Origin: Cenococcum geophilum
Lineage: Eukaryota
Assembly (NCBI GenBank): GCA_050273025.1
Contig: CP158635.1
Coordinates: 3,596,001 to 3,660,000, forward strand
Reading direction: 5' to 3'
DNA length: 64,000 bases
Shown here: in pieces, positions 24,601-37,700 of the stretch
How the letters are laid out: every line of letters begins with the position of its first letter
How positions within the stretch are numbered: position 1 is the first letter of the stretch
Translations under genes and position numbers: made by a program
Notes under the pieces: model-generated
What the model was told of the DNA's origin: nothing
Seen by the model: the letters and a program-made list of their open reading frames with translations, nothing else
Databases searched by the model: none

Positions 24601-27350
24601 TCTCGTAGCTATCTACTAGTTTAAAATTAAGTTGCTTTGTCGACTACGTATAGTAGGGGGGAGCCGCTAATATATATAATGTTAACGATAATATTGTAGT
24701 TAAAATTAACGTCGTCTTATAAAGTAAAGCGAAATCTACTTAGAGATCTGCTAAACTTCTAGCAGTAGTAGCAGAGTTTGGTTAGCTCTTTAATAGCGGA
24801 TCTATTAGTATTATGGCCGTAGCCAGTCTTATTAAGAAGCTTTTATAGTCTATTAACTAATAAGTAACTAAATTAACGGTGTAGACGTCGTAGCTCTACG
24901 TTAGTTAAGTAGCAAGGGTTTGCGTTAAAGGACTCAACTAGATAAAACTATAAAGAGAAGCTCTATATAAGAAACGGGTGGCCAAATCGGCTAACTACTG
25001 GCACCTTTTTAGTGCGAGTAATAATAACGTCCTTTAGGTTATCGTATTTGATATAGAGTCTATCCATATCTACTAAGCAAAGTAGGAAAGAAGTATCTGC
25101 TTTAATAATATAAAATTATACCTTACCTATAGGGCTGTTAACATCTATAGTTTTAATAGACGTAGAGGCTCTAATCCTAAATTAGATAGTTACTTAGCCC
25201 TTAGTTAACGTATTAAGACTTATAGACTTATCTACGGCCTATAGGGCTTAGAATTGGCCGTAGCCAGCTATAGACTTATATAAAGCACCTATATCGATTA
25301 TAATTCCTATAAAGACCGTCAAGGTGTATTATAACGCTATAGTTGTGATTATATTATAGGCGAATGGGTTAGTCTCCGTGTAAGGTTTTGTGGTAGACTC
25401 CGTAGTAAGTTCTAAAGCCATAAGTAGGTATATATAAGCCTTATTAGCTAGCTCTACGCTTATAGAGGTTACTTCCTCTATATTAAGTGTTCTAAAGGTG
25501 GTAATATAGGCAGAACTATTATTAGGTTCTCCAGCATTGCTCTTAGAGTCGTTAGCGTCTTATATATAGGCTTTAAAGTCTAAGTTATCCTCTTTATCTC
25601 TTTTACAGGCGGCAACGTATTGTTTAAAGTAGTTATTAAAGTTACCCTTATTACAGCCCTTAATATTAATAAAACGTCTCTTATAGTCGTCTCTAAATTA
25701 ATTACGCTTCTTTTTTATATATTTCTATAAACGGCAGTCCTCCTTCTTACAGATATAGCACTTAGCCTTTAGTCCACCGTTAGTTCTATAGGGGCGATTA
25801 CTGCCATAGCGATTAGTGTTTCGGTCTTAATTTTGGTCATTTTAATAGTAACGTCAATCCGTAAAAAAGGTTTGGTAAGACGATCTTATTAAGGCCTATA
25901 GGGGGTATTCTTTTTCCTATGTAATAATAGAGGATTATAGCTTACTAATTAACTAAGAGAGGTCTTCTAAAGGGTTAGAGATAGCGATATGGCATACTAG
26001 CACTTCCTGGCAAGTAGTAACCAACTTATTTGTAAAAATGCGGTTCGTATAAAAGTCTAGGTATAGTCTATAACGTTGCTTTAGCAGTTTATCTATAAGC
26101 AGTTAGAAGTTCTAATAAATTGACTTATTAAGGTTCTCGTCCATAACTCCTTAAAGGGTTATGCTATTCCACTCCGTAAGGTTCTTATAGTAGTATTTTG
26201 GCCCTTTAAAGAACTATTATATATAGTTACAGGCTTCCGTAAAAGGTCTTGACTTAAGGTTACTATTATAGTAGTGGTCCTAAGCAAGCCCTTTTAGCAT
26301 ACTAAGGAATGCTACTACGTAGCCTTCTGGTGGTAAGCTAGATCTCTTACAGATATTATAAAAGATGGTCAGCTTAAAGTTAAAGCTATTATTAACTCCA
26401 TCGTACTTTTAGTCGTCTATATAGATCTTCGCAATTATAGCCACCTCCTTGCTGTATCTAGGTCCTTACTCCGCACTAGGCACGGCTAGTTTAGGTGGTA
26501 TATATATATATAGCTGCTGCGGCTGCTATAGCTACTGTGGCTGCTACGGCTGCTGCTCTCTTAGCTATAGCAGTTGGTCGATAAAAGTGTGGATTTAGTT
26601 ATAGTTAGAGGATTAAGAACCGGGAGGAGTAGTAAGGGTAGCGGGGGTAGCAATTAAAGTAGCTGGCGGTATAGTAACCGGAGTAGCTAGTAATACGGCA
26701 GCTGGGATAGCTAGTAGAGTTGGTGGAGTAGCTAGTAGTAGGGCTAGAGGTGTAGCAAGCTTGTCTAAGGTTGAATTAAGTTAATCTTGCAGAGTTATTG
26801 TAATTATTAGTTTTACCTCTATAAGGGCCACGATAAGCTCCTTATCCGTCTATTTATAAAACTCTTCTTTATTAGTAACGTCCGTTAGCACCTTACTAAG
26901 GGAGTATCTCTTATCTTACTTAGCAATATATACTCCTCTCTTAACTAGGTATTAACAGATTCCTATTTTAGTATTAAATTATACTCGTTTAAAGGTCTCT
27001 AGCGTAAAGTTCTTAAAGTCTTCCTAAAACACTATCTATAGTGTAAAGTCTATAAGGTTAAATCGTGTGTATAGGTGCATCTTGGTCTCTATATACTCCG
27101 TTAAGTCGTTATCTATAGCCGTCTCTAAGTTAATTCCGTAGCCGTATTTAGTAATTCTTTCCTTCCAGTTAATTTCTATATTGTTATGTCTTTATATATA
27201 AGGGTAGGTGTAAGGGTAGGTATAAGGGTAGTCGTCGGTTTAAAGAAGTTAAGGTTTAAAGTAAGGATGTAAAGATATATATGTGTCCTATTAACAAATC
27301 TACAGTTCTTAGAAACTGTAGATAATTCTTAGTAAAGATATGGTCCTTTA

Positions 27351-27640
27351 GGCGATCTAACGCGTCAACAGTTAAGTTAATACGTGGTTTTAAGCTTTAA
27401 GGGTCCTCTAGGCAATCTAACGCGTTAATAGTTAAGCTAATACGTGGTTTCGAGCTTTAAGGGTAACGTAGCTTTCTTTAAGTAAAGGTACGATTCTCTA
27501 GGCAATCTAACGCATTAGCAAGCCGATACGTGGTCTCGAGCTTTAAGGGTAACGTAGTTTTCTCCTTTAACTAAAATAGGGTGATAGCTCTGCAATCTAA
27601 CGCGTTAGCAGTTAAGCTAATGCATGGTTTTAAGCTTTGC
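27351..27640. repeat. Four imperfect 50-90 bp tandem units in the 5' leader of Copia 2
   Basis: GCAATCTAACGCG...TACGTGGTTT..AGCTTT starting at about 27352, 27412, 27502 and 27592. Confidence 0.85.
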
Positions 27641-27677
27641 TATTGCGTATTTCCTAATCTGTACGTCTACTAATTAG

Positions 27678-27847
27678 TATTAGTATACTCGCTTTATTAA
27701 CGTGCCCGAATATCACTTATAGTGGTACGTATGCGGTGTTAAAGTTGGTAGTTAATAATGTCTAGAAATAGGGGTTTGCTCTAAGGTCAGATTAGCTAGT
27801 CTCGCTTCGTGGTCTTATAACCACGTTATATAACTAACATTCCGACA
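27678..27847 (-). repeat. 5' LTR of Copia 2
   Basis: Direct repeat of 21499-21668, followed on the element strand by CTAATTAGT. Confidence 0.95.
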
Positions 27848-29166
27848 AATTTATTGTCCTTAATATCCAATTTATAAGATAGTTTATTAGTTCCTTTAAA
27901 CTCTAATAATTTTAGCTCCTATAGCTAATAGCTTATACTATACTTAGCGTCCTTATAAATTTAGTATACGTTATTATAATAAAACGTAAAGCTCTTAATT
28001 AAATATTCTTTTATTCTTTATAGCATATTATTATCTACTAGTCTTATTTTTTTTACTATATAGTAACTTTAACCACTTTTATAGTCTTTAATATAATAAC
28101 CCTATTTTCTATAATTTATATAAGCTTCTTTTTTAAACTATTTTTCTTGCTATAAAGTCCGCCTAAATATCTTCTACTACTAAGATCCCTAGTTTAGCCT
28201 CTACTTCTTAAATCTTTAATTACTTAATCCTTATTCTCTAGGTTTTTATAATTTCTTATTTTATTTTTTAAATTCTTTAGTACTACTTAGGTCTATTAGC
28301 TCTACACTATACTATAGTTTTTAACTCTAACTTTATTATTACGTGCCCTACACCTTATATAACTATAAAACTCTATTTTAACCCTTCTTAGTCTGCTCTC
28401 TTTAGTAGATCCTATTATTAATCTTAATTACTTAGTTAATTAAATCCCTAAAAGTATCCATATCTTCTATTAGGATAATTATATCTTAAACTTTTACCTT
28501 AAGTTCTTACTTATACTATACTATAAGCGCTTTATTATTTTATTTAACCTATATTACTAATATTTAAAACTAAATTATATACTTAATTACTAAAGTCCTT
28601 TATACTAGGTTTTAAAGCTTTTTTTTACTATAGTAGTTACCTCTAGGTCTGTAAATATTTATATTAATTATTTTATAAACCCGTTTTAACTTAAGAATAT
28701 ATACTATACCTCCTAGTTAGTAGTTATTATACTATATTTTTATACCTCTATAAGGTAAGATTTAAACTACTTAAGTGCCCTTTCTATTAAGAATAATTCT
28801 ATATAAGCAACTTAATCTATAAATATTTTTAGCTTTACCCCTTCTTATATAACCTTAAAGTGTATTTATATAAGAAATCCCTTAAGCTTTAACTTCTCCC
28901 CTAAGAATCGCTTAATTAAGGGTAACTTAACCTTAGCTGCTCCGATTCTATTAATCTTTTTTTTTATTTAAATATTCTATTATTATTTATTAATTAATTA
29001 ACTATTTTTTATAGCTATCTAATAGTAACTAGCTAAGAGTTAGTATTTATTATACTAGTGTTATTACCTAATCCTAATATAGTTACTGCCGTTAACGCTA
29101 TTATAGCTACTGCTTTTAGTGGTATATTATTTAACTTTATTAATACTATAACCTTAGTAGTAAATA

Positions 29167-29578
29167 TATAATAAAGCCTTATAGGAAATACTACGGTGGA
29201 CTTATTAATAGGCTAGGTATATAGGTAAATAGGAAGTTAATAACATAATAATAACTAGTAGAGTAGTTACCTAATAGATTAACTCTAATTATATTTTAAG
29301 ATTTACTATAAAGAAGAGAAACTATCTATAAAGACCGCACGTCCTTAAATATATAACTCCTCCCTATAGTAAAGGGTTTAGTACGTTAGTATATTAGTAC
29401 ATTACGTTCCTATATTCCTACGTTTCTATATTCCAAACTTATAACATAACTAGCTATATAACTTAGCTACCTTTTATCCTATAGCTTAATCGGTTCTAGT
29501 GCCTCCTATACTATCTTAACTAACCCGTTTATGTCTATTCTTAGTAGTCGCACTACTACCGATATAAGGTCTGTAATA
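29167..29578 (-). repeat. 5' LTR of D1 (412 bp) with a divergent U3
   Basis: 29167-29360 matches the other D LTRs; the distal half differs but ends in the same CTGTAATA/CCGTAACA terminus. Confidence 0.75.
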
Positions 29579-29724
29579 CTCTATATTAAAGAAGGGGATA
29601 AGTAAAAGACCGCTTTTAAGACCTAATATAGCCACTTTAAGTATCTAGTAATGCCTTTTAGGCTAGCTAATATGCCTATAATATTCTAATTATATATTTA
29701 TAGAGCCTTAGGAGACTAGTTAAC
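29579..29724 (+). pseudogene. 146-bp reverse transcriptase remnant of a further Gypsy element (ground layer of the nest)
   Basis: Translates LYIKEGDK*KTAFKT*YSHFKYLVMPFRLANMPIIF*LYIYRALGD, the conserved RIKEGDEWKTAF..GHFEYLVMPFGL.NAP block. Confidence 0.9.
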
Positions 29725-32700
29725 TATTACAGACGCTTTAAGTACAATATTACAACTATTAGGAGAGGAGTTAGAAGCAGCTAGTTAGTTAATTAAGGTA
29801 TAGTCTAAAATAGAGCTAATAGAACTATATAATAAGGAATAGTAACTAAGGTTATATAATAAGCTATATATTAAACGAGAGGAATAGAAGGAACTTACGT
29901 ACCTTATATATAAGGAGGATTTCTTAGAAGTACGGTTGTGTATTTAAAGAACTATAGTCCCTACTTAGATAGTTCTTCTCTTTGTAGTAAATCTTAGAAT
30001 ATAATTAGAGTTAATCTATTAGGCAACCACTCTACTAATTATTATTACGTTATTAACTTCTTGTTTACCTATATACTTAGCCTATTAATAAGTCTACTAT
30101 AGTTCTTACTATAAGGCTTTGTTATATATTTACTATTAAGGTTATAGTATTAATAAAGTTAAATAACATACCACTAAAAGTAGTAGCTATAACGACGTCT
30201 ATAGTGGCAACTATATTAGTATAGTAGATACTAACTTATAACTAGTTACTATTAAATAGCTATAGGAAATAGTTAATTAATTAATAAATAATAATAAAAT
30301 ATTTAAAGAAAGGATTAATAGAATTGGAGTAGCTAAGGTTAAGTTACCCTTAATTAAAAGATTCTTAGGGGAGAAATTAAAACTTAAGGGATTCCTTATA
30401 TAAATACACTTTAAGGTTATATAACAAGGAGTAAAGTTAAAAACGCTTATAGATTAAATTACTTACGCAGGATTATTCTTAACGGGAAGGGTACTTAAGT
30501 AGTTTAAGCTTTACCTTATAGAGGTATAGAAGTATAGTATATGTTCTTAAGCTAAAATAGGTTTATAGAATAATTAATATAAATATTTAAAGACCTAGAG
30601 GTAACTATAATAGTAAAAAAAAAGCTTTAAAACCTAGTATAAAGAACTTTGGTAATTAAATATATAATAGAGTTTTAGATATTAGTAATATAGGTTAAAT
30701 AAAATAATAAGGCACTTATAGTATAGTATAAATAGGGACTAAAGATAAAAAATCTAAGATATAATTATTCTAATAGAAGATGCGGATACTTTTAGGGATT
30801 TAATTAATTAAGTAATTAAGATTAATAATAGAATCTACTAAAGAGAGCAGACTAAGAAGGGTTAGGATAGAGTTTTATAGTTATATAAGGCGTAGGGTAT
30901 ATAATAATAAAGTTAAAGTTAAAAACTATAGTATAGCGTAGAGCTAATAGACCTAAGTAATATTAAATAAAATAAGAAATAAAATAAACGACTATAGAAA
31001 TCTAGAGGATAAGAATTAAGTAATTAAAGGTTTAAGAAGTAAAGGCTAAACTAGGGGTCTTAGTAGTAGAAGATGTTTAGGTAAACTCTATAGTAAGAAA
31101 AATAGTTTAAAGAAGGAGCTTATATAAATTATAGAAAATAGAGTTACTATATTAAAGACTATAGAAGTAAGTAGAGTTACTATATAGTAAAAGAAATAAG
31201 ACTAGTAGAAGATATATATATATAGAGGGATAATAGTATACTGCAAGGAATAAAAGAATATTTAATTAAAAGTTTTACATTTTATTATAATAATATATAC
31301 TAAATTTATAAAAAATATTAAGTATAATATAAGCTATTAGCTATAGGAGCTAAAATTATTAAAGTTTAGAGAAACTAATAAACTAGTTTGTAAATTGGGT
31401 ATTAAGGATAATAAATTTAATATAGGCAAAATATTTAATAATAATAAGGTAATAAAAGTAGCTTGCTAAAAGTATATAGACCTCTAAAATATTATAAAAG
31501 AGGTAGAAAATAATTCTACTATAAAATAGGGAATATTAATAGGGATTAAAACCCCACTAGATATAATATCTATTGCTTTATAAAACGTAAGAGAAGTAGG
31601 ACAGTAAACTACTTTAGCACTTAATAAAGGTAAAAGGCTAAAGGCTTAAGATTCTTAAAAAGAGATAAAAGATAATTAAAACTTCTAAGACGGGATAAGA
31701 TAAGCTTAAGGACCTATAATAGATAATAACCGATAGAGTAAAGTAATGGCTTAGTTTAGTAATATATAAATAAGCTTAGGATAAAGTTTCCTAAAGATAT
31801 AAGATTCTTAAGACAAGATAAGTAAGATTTAAAACTCTTAAAATAAGATAAAAACACTATAGAAGCCTAGTTAAAATAAGGCTAAAGCTAAGCTTAAGAA
31901 AGAAGTAAGCTTAGGATTAAGAATCCTATAGGACTAAGATTTTAGTAATAGAATAAGGACTATTAAGGTAATTATAAGCAAGGCTTAGTAATAGAATAAA
32001 ATGTTAATACTATAATTAAGAAGTAAGAAGACTTTAAGGATCTACTTATAAGACGTAAACTAAAAGAAACTAGAAAGGAATTTAGGTAAAGAATTCTCAC
32101 TTAGTAAGAATAAAAGCTAGATTAAAAAACTAGTATATTAGGTTATATAAGGAATAAAGCACCTATATAAAGAATTACTAATAGGCTAAGAATAGGTATA
32201 CTAAGAGCTAAATAGCTTATTAAACTGAAAGATAAAGAGGATCTAGGAATCCCTATTAGGTTTAAAAAATAATATATAAAAGGCTATTATAATATAGCAA
32301 TAAGAAAATACTTCCTTATAGATAAGCCGTATATACTTTAGTAGCTATACTAAAAGTAGTATAAATAAAGGCATAATAATAAGTAGGAAGATTTTTATAT
32401 ATAGTTAGATAAGAAAGTTATCTAAGACTACCCTATTATAGAAAAGGCAATAAGTTATATTAAAGGGGCCTTAATTATAATATTAAAGGATCTAAAGAAA
32501 TAATTAGAGGACTAGAGAAGTAAGAGGTATATCTTAGTACCTATAAATAAAGTTATAATATTTAGATTAATATAGTAAAGGTTTAAACTTAAAAATAAAA
32601 ATAAGTTAAAAGTTAACCTAAAGCACCTAGCGTATTATATATTGGTATAGATTGTATATATAAATAATATATATAAAATATATAAGAATTTAAAAGAAAA

Positions 32701-34078
32701 GAATTAGAAGTACCTTATAAGGATATATTAGGCGCTAAATAAGTAATAGTATAAAAATGCTAAGTATATATATAAATAGCATTTAATAGAAGTTTAGAAG
32801 TTAGGAGACTTAATACTTTAACAAAAAAAATTTTTTATAGAAGAATACTTAGATAAATAATAGTAGTAGGAATACCTAGAGAATATATATCTATAGTATA
32901 TTAAGGATAAAAAGTAAACTAGGTATTAACTAAAGAGTAAGCTAAGTATAATAGGATTAAGTAGCTAATAGTTAGGAAAAGTAGAGGCCTATAGGACTAA
33001 AGGGAGCTAATAGTAAAGTCTTAGACCCTTAAAGGAATTTAAGGACAATACCTAAATTTATAAGTTAATTAGTAAGATTAGTAGTTTAAAGCACTAATAG
33101 ATAGTAGAGTAATAAAAAACTATATTTTACTAGTAGTAGTTAAGAAAATAGGATTACCTTATAGATAGAAGGAATAATCTTACCTATTAGTTATAATTTT
33201 AGGAGATCTAATAGCCTATAGAGGAGGTATTATTAACCTTAAAATAGAACCTATTTAAATAACTATTAAAGAGAGATAAATTAAGATATCTTTTAATATC
33301 CTACTATTAGGACGGGATAAGGTAGTATTAGAAATGCCTTAGTTATAGAAATATAATCTAAGGATTAATTAGATTATAGGTTAAGTTAATATTAAAAATA
33401 CCTAATAATACAAAATATAATAATAAACTAAGTTAGTATAGTACTAAGTTAAAGTAATATATAAAGAGACTAAGCGAAGCTTAAGTTACGTACTAAAGAG
33501 ATACTATAAGTATAGTAAGAAACTATAGAGCCTAGAAAGTAAAAATATAACGGAACCTTATAGTAAGAACTACGATGGGCTCGTTAATAGGCTAGGTGTA
33601 TAGGAAATGCAAGTACAAAAGTCAATAACGTAATAATAACTAGTGGAGTGGTTGCCTAACAGATTAACTCTAATTATATTCTAAGAATTACTATAAGGAA
33701 GGAACTATCTAGGTAGGGACTAAGGGTCCTTAAATACACAACCGTACTCCTATAAAATCCTTCTTATATATAATATACGTCTTATATATAAGGTATATAA
33801 GTTCCTCTTATTCCTCTTATTTAATATATAGCATATTATATAACCTTAGCTACCATTCCTTATTATATAGTTCTACCGGTTTTATCCTAGACTATACCTA
33901 AATTAACTAACTAGCTTCTTCTAACTCTTCCCTAAGTAGTTATAATATTATACTTAAAGCGTCCGTAACACTATCTCCCTCCTCTTTATCTTTGTCCTTA
34001 AAGATTCCTAATATCTTTAAGTTGTTTACTAGAGGTGTAATATCCGTCTAATTAATTTGGTTAATATTATTACTTATT

Positions 34079-34763
34079 ATACCTAAAGCAATTTCTTCTT
34101 TATACGTATAACGTTATACTTACACTATTACTACTATATTATCTCTTAGTGAGATTATACTATCTCCGTGTTCTTAATATTTAAAAAAGGGGTTAGTTTA
34201 TATTGCGTTAGTAAACCCGTCTTTATAATAACCGTCTTCTTACTTAGAGTGCACTAAAGCAAATATTTGTTTATCCTATAACGTTCGCTCTACCTCTAAT
34301 ACTAAATATACGTGACCTATTACTCTTAATAGTTGTCTAGTTCTCTAATTAATTTGTTTTAGGGTTTTATATTTAATCTACTGCTACGCGGCTAGATAGT
34401 AAACTGTCTTAAGCCCTTACTAAGTTAGAACGTTCTTAGGACGCGGAACAAAAGGCCCTAAATACTCGCATCGCGGCATCTACTTATTTACTCCATCTTA
34501 AGAAGGTTTATAAAAAGGTTTATTTTAAGGAGTAGAAACTTATAGAATAAGGTTTATAGAAACTTAGTAATAAAAGAATAGATTCTCTTCCAATAGAGAA
34601 GGAAATAGATCTAAGTAGTTCGGCAACTACTCTTCTTAGGTCCCCCTTAGGTGACTTATTCTTTAGTAATCCTTCTTTATTAATACTACCTAACCTAATT
34701 TCTTCTAATACTCCTATACCTTTCCTATAGCATTCTTTAAATTTTCTAGTAGTTCCTAGGTAG
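34079..34763 (+). pseudogene. Antisense spliced gene in D2: Zn2Cys6-like motif plus coiled-coil-like region
   Basis: EIILSPCS*YLKKGLVYIALVNPSL**PSSYLECTKANICLSYNVRS gives C-x2-C-x6-C-x13-C-x2-C-x8-C when RIP Tyr codons are reverted to Cys. 55-nt intron at 34308-34362 (ATACGT from GTACGT..CTAAT..TAG). One-base frameshift near 34505. Confidence 0.7.
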
Positions 34764-37700
34764 TCTTAGTGTAGCCTATCTACTTAACCTTATACTATAT
34801 TTTATTGTTAATGTCCTTATAACTAACGATCTTTAAAACTTACTATTCGTCTTCTTCCTATCCTCTATACGTGTCTGCCTTATAGACTAGTAGCTTAACA
34901 TTTCTATATACTAGCTTTAGTATTGCAATATACTGTATAGAATAGATCTTTATCTTAGCTAGTAAACTTAATTTAAATATAACCGGTAAAATCCTTTATA
35001 TAATTTTAAAAGGTCCTAGTCTAACGTAGTTTAACTTCTTACTTAGTTATTAACTCTTAAAATTTTTATATAGTAGCTATACCTTATCTCGCTCCTTAAG
35101 ATCTAGTCCCTTAGATCTCTTAGCATTATAGTACCTTTTTATTCTCTCTTATACTTTCTTTACTAATTCTATAAGGTCTATATAAAGATTTATTAATGCC
35201 TTTATTCTTTCTTTAGCTGTGCTACTCGTTTTCTTTACTTACTATAATAATAACGATATTCTTAGCTTATATCTATAATTTACCTTAAATGGTAATATGC
35301 CTATACCTTCCTATAGCGTTGCATTATATACAAACTATATAACTAGTAATAATAATACCCAATTATTCTATGCATAATTAATATAATGCCTTAAATACTG
35401 CTCTAGTGTCTAATTTAGTCTTTCTATTTAACCGTCTGTCTGCAGATAATATATAGTAGAAGTTACTACTTAAACTCCTTACTCCACTAAGAACACTTCC
35501 TAAAATACTACTATAAGTCTTAGATCTCTATCTAATATAATCTTACTTAGTGCTCTATATCTTATAAACACTTCTTTAATATAGATTTTAGCGACATCTT
35601 CTACTAATATTTCTTCTATACATACTATAAAGTATCCCCACTTTATAAGCTTGTCTACTATTACTAAGATTACATTATAATCTTATCCAGTAATAGGATC
35701 TCTTAACTTTAGTAACTTAATAATAAAGTCCTATAATATAACCTCCTATAGTCTCTCTAGTATTTTAATAGGTTATAGCCCTCCATATAGCTTATACCTT
35801 ATTAGTTTATTCCTTTAGCAATCTAAATATTCCCTTATAACTTTTCGCGCTAAGCCCTAGATTCTATTAATAATATACTCCTCTTAAAGTCTTTACACTA
35901 AGCCCGTAGCTCCGTTATATCCTTAAGTTAGTCCCTTATAGAAGTCCTCTATAAACTACTCTGCTATACTTCTTAGGATATACTTTACTTCTTAGTTTTT
36001 GTATATATCCATCTATAGATCTTCTAGCTATACTTCTAGAATTCTTTATACCTAAAAGCTTTCTAGTATCTTATAAACTCTTTCTAGTTCGTTACTCTCT
36101 TAAGTTGCTATAATTTTTAGATAATTATACCTAATCAATCCGTCTATATCCTTTCGTAGTAAAGCCCCTAATAGCTTCTTATTATTTTATAGTTTAGCCT
36201 TTTAACTTAGAGCATCTACTTATATGTTATCTATACCCTTAGTATACTAAATCTTAAAATAGTATTTTATAAGTATCTCTGCCCATCTAACCTATCTTTA
36301 GTTAAGTTCCTTTATTATTAGGAATCCTATTAGGTTCTTATAATCTATCTTAATTATAAATAGTTTCTCTATGCCTTATAAAAATACTCTCTATTTCTTT
36401 AATACTATAATTATACCTAATAACTCCTTATTATAGATGTTATAGTTTAACTCTAGTAGTGTTATTTTCCAACTATAGTATACCACTAGGTGCCATCTAT
36501 TTTAATATTTCTATATAAAGCACGCCCCTAGTATAAAGTCTAATATATCTGTCTTTATAACCGTCTCTAGTCCTAGTTAATAAATCTTAAGAACTAGCTT
36601 CTAGGTAAATAGCTCCTTAACTTTCTTAAATAATTTCCGCTGTTCCTCTCCCTATGCCTATAGTTCTTCTTTCTTTATTAATCGCGTAAATAGCTTAATA
36701 TTCTTTAACTATTGCGCTATAAACCTTCTATAGTAATTACAAAACCCTAAAAATAATCTTAACTATATAACGTTCTCTAGTTCTTACCAATTTACTATAC
36801 CCTTAATCTTCTTTAGATCTATACTAAGTTGGCCTAGTTTAATAATAAATCTAATAAAATCGGTCTTCCTAGTAAAGAACTTGCATTTCTTAATTACTAC
36901 TAGCATCTATTCTTTTTATAGTCTCTTTAAGACCCATTTAACGTATTCCCCGTATTCTTCCTTACTTATTAAGTAGATAATAATAATATTAAGGTATACT
37001 ATAACAAATTCATCTAAGTGTTCTCCTAATATATTATTAATACGCTTTTAAAACGTTACTAGTATATTTATAAGCCCGAATTATATAACTAATAGTTTAT
37101 ATAGTCCTTCCTTTAACCTAAAGGCTGCCTTTTATTTGTTACCTTTCTTAATCCTAATCTAATAGTACGCCTATCTCAGATCTATCTTCGTAAAGATTTG
37201 CGCATTACCTATCCTATCTTAAATTTCGCTAATTAAGGGTAAAGGATACCTATCCTTCCTAGTAATGCTATTTAACTGTCTATAGTCAATATATAATCTT
37301 AGTTTACTATTTTTTTTTAGTATAAACAGTACTAGATAACCCGCTAATAACTATAATAGTCTAATATATCCCTTTTATAAGTTTTCCTAAATAAACTCTT
37401 TTAATACTCTACCTTCTTCTTCGGTAAGCTTATAGATTAGAAAGAACCTTAGACTTATTCCTAGTTTTAATTCTATTTTATAGTCCTATGCTATATATTC
37501 TAACAGCTTTTTACTTTCCGGTAAGTATAGTTTCTTACTATACTTATGGTATCTCTTTAGTACGTAACTTAAGCCTTACTTAATCTCTTTATATATCGCT
37601 CTAACTTAGTACTATACTAACTTAGCCTGTTATTATATCTTGCGGCGTTAAGTATCTCTATTATTAACCTAACCTATAATCCAATTAATCTTTAGATTAT

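Larger units (their letters stand above)
21499..27847 (-). mobile_element. Full-length Ty1/Copia element 2 (GalEa-like, distinct family), RIP-inactivated
   Basis: 170-bp LTRs at 21499-21668 and 27678-27847; TSD AATTT at 21494-21498 and 27848-27852. Integrase HNSIGMVERY, RNase H TDSKSLY and NPTDAMTK. Confidence 0.95.
10517..29578 (-). mobile_element. Gypsy family D copy D1, visible as fragments 10517-10650, 20101-21498 and 27848-29578
   Basis: Fragments are colinear with the gag region of D2/D3 and rejoin across both Copia insertions. 5' LTR at 29167-29578. Confidence 0.88.

Noticed and set aside
27351..27640. Repeat-spacer appearance resembling a CRISPR array
   Set aside because: Eukaryotic retrotransposon leader; units are degenerate, the intervening parts are themselves related, and there are no cas genes.
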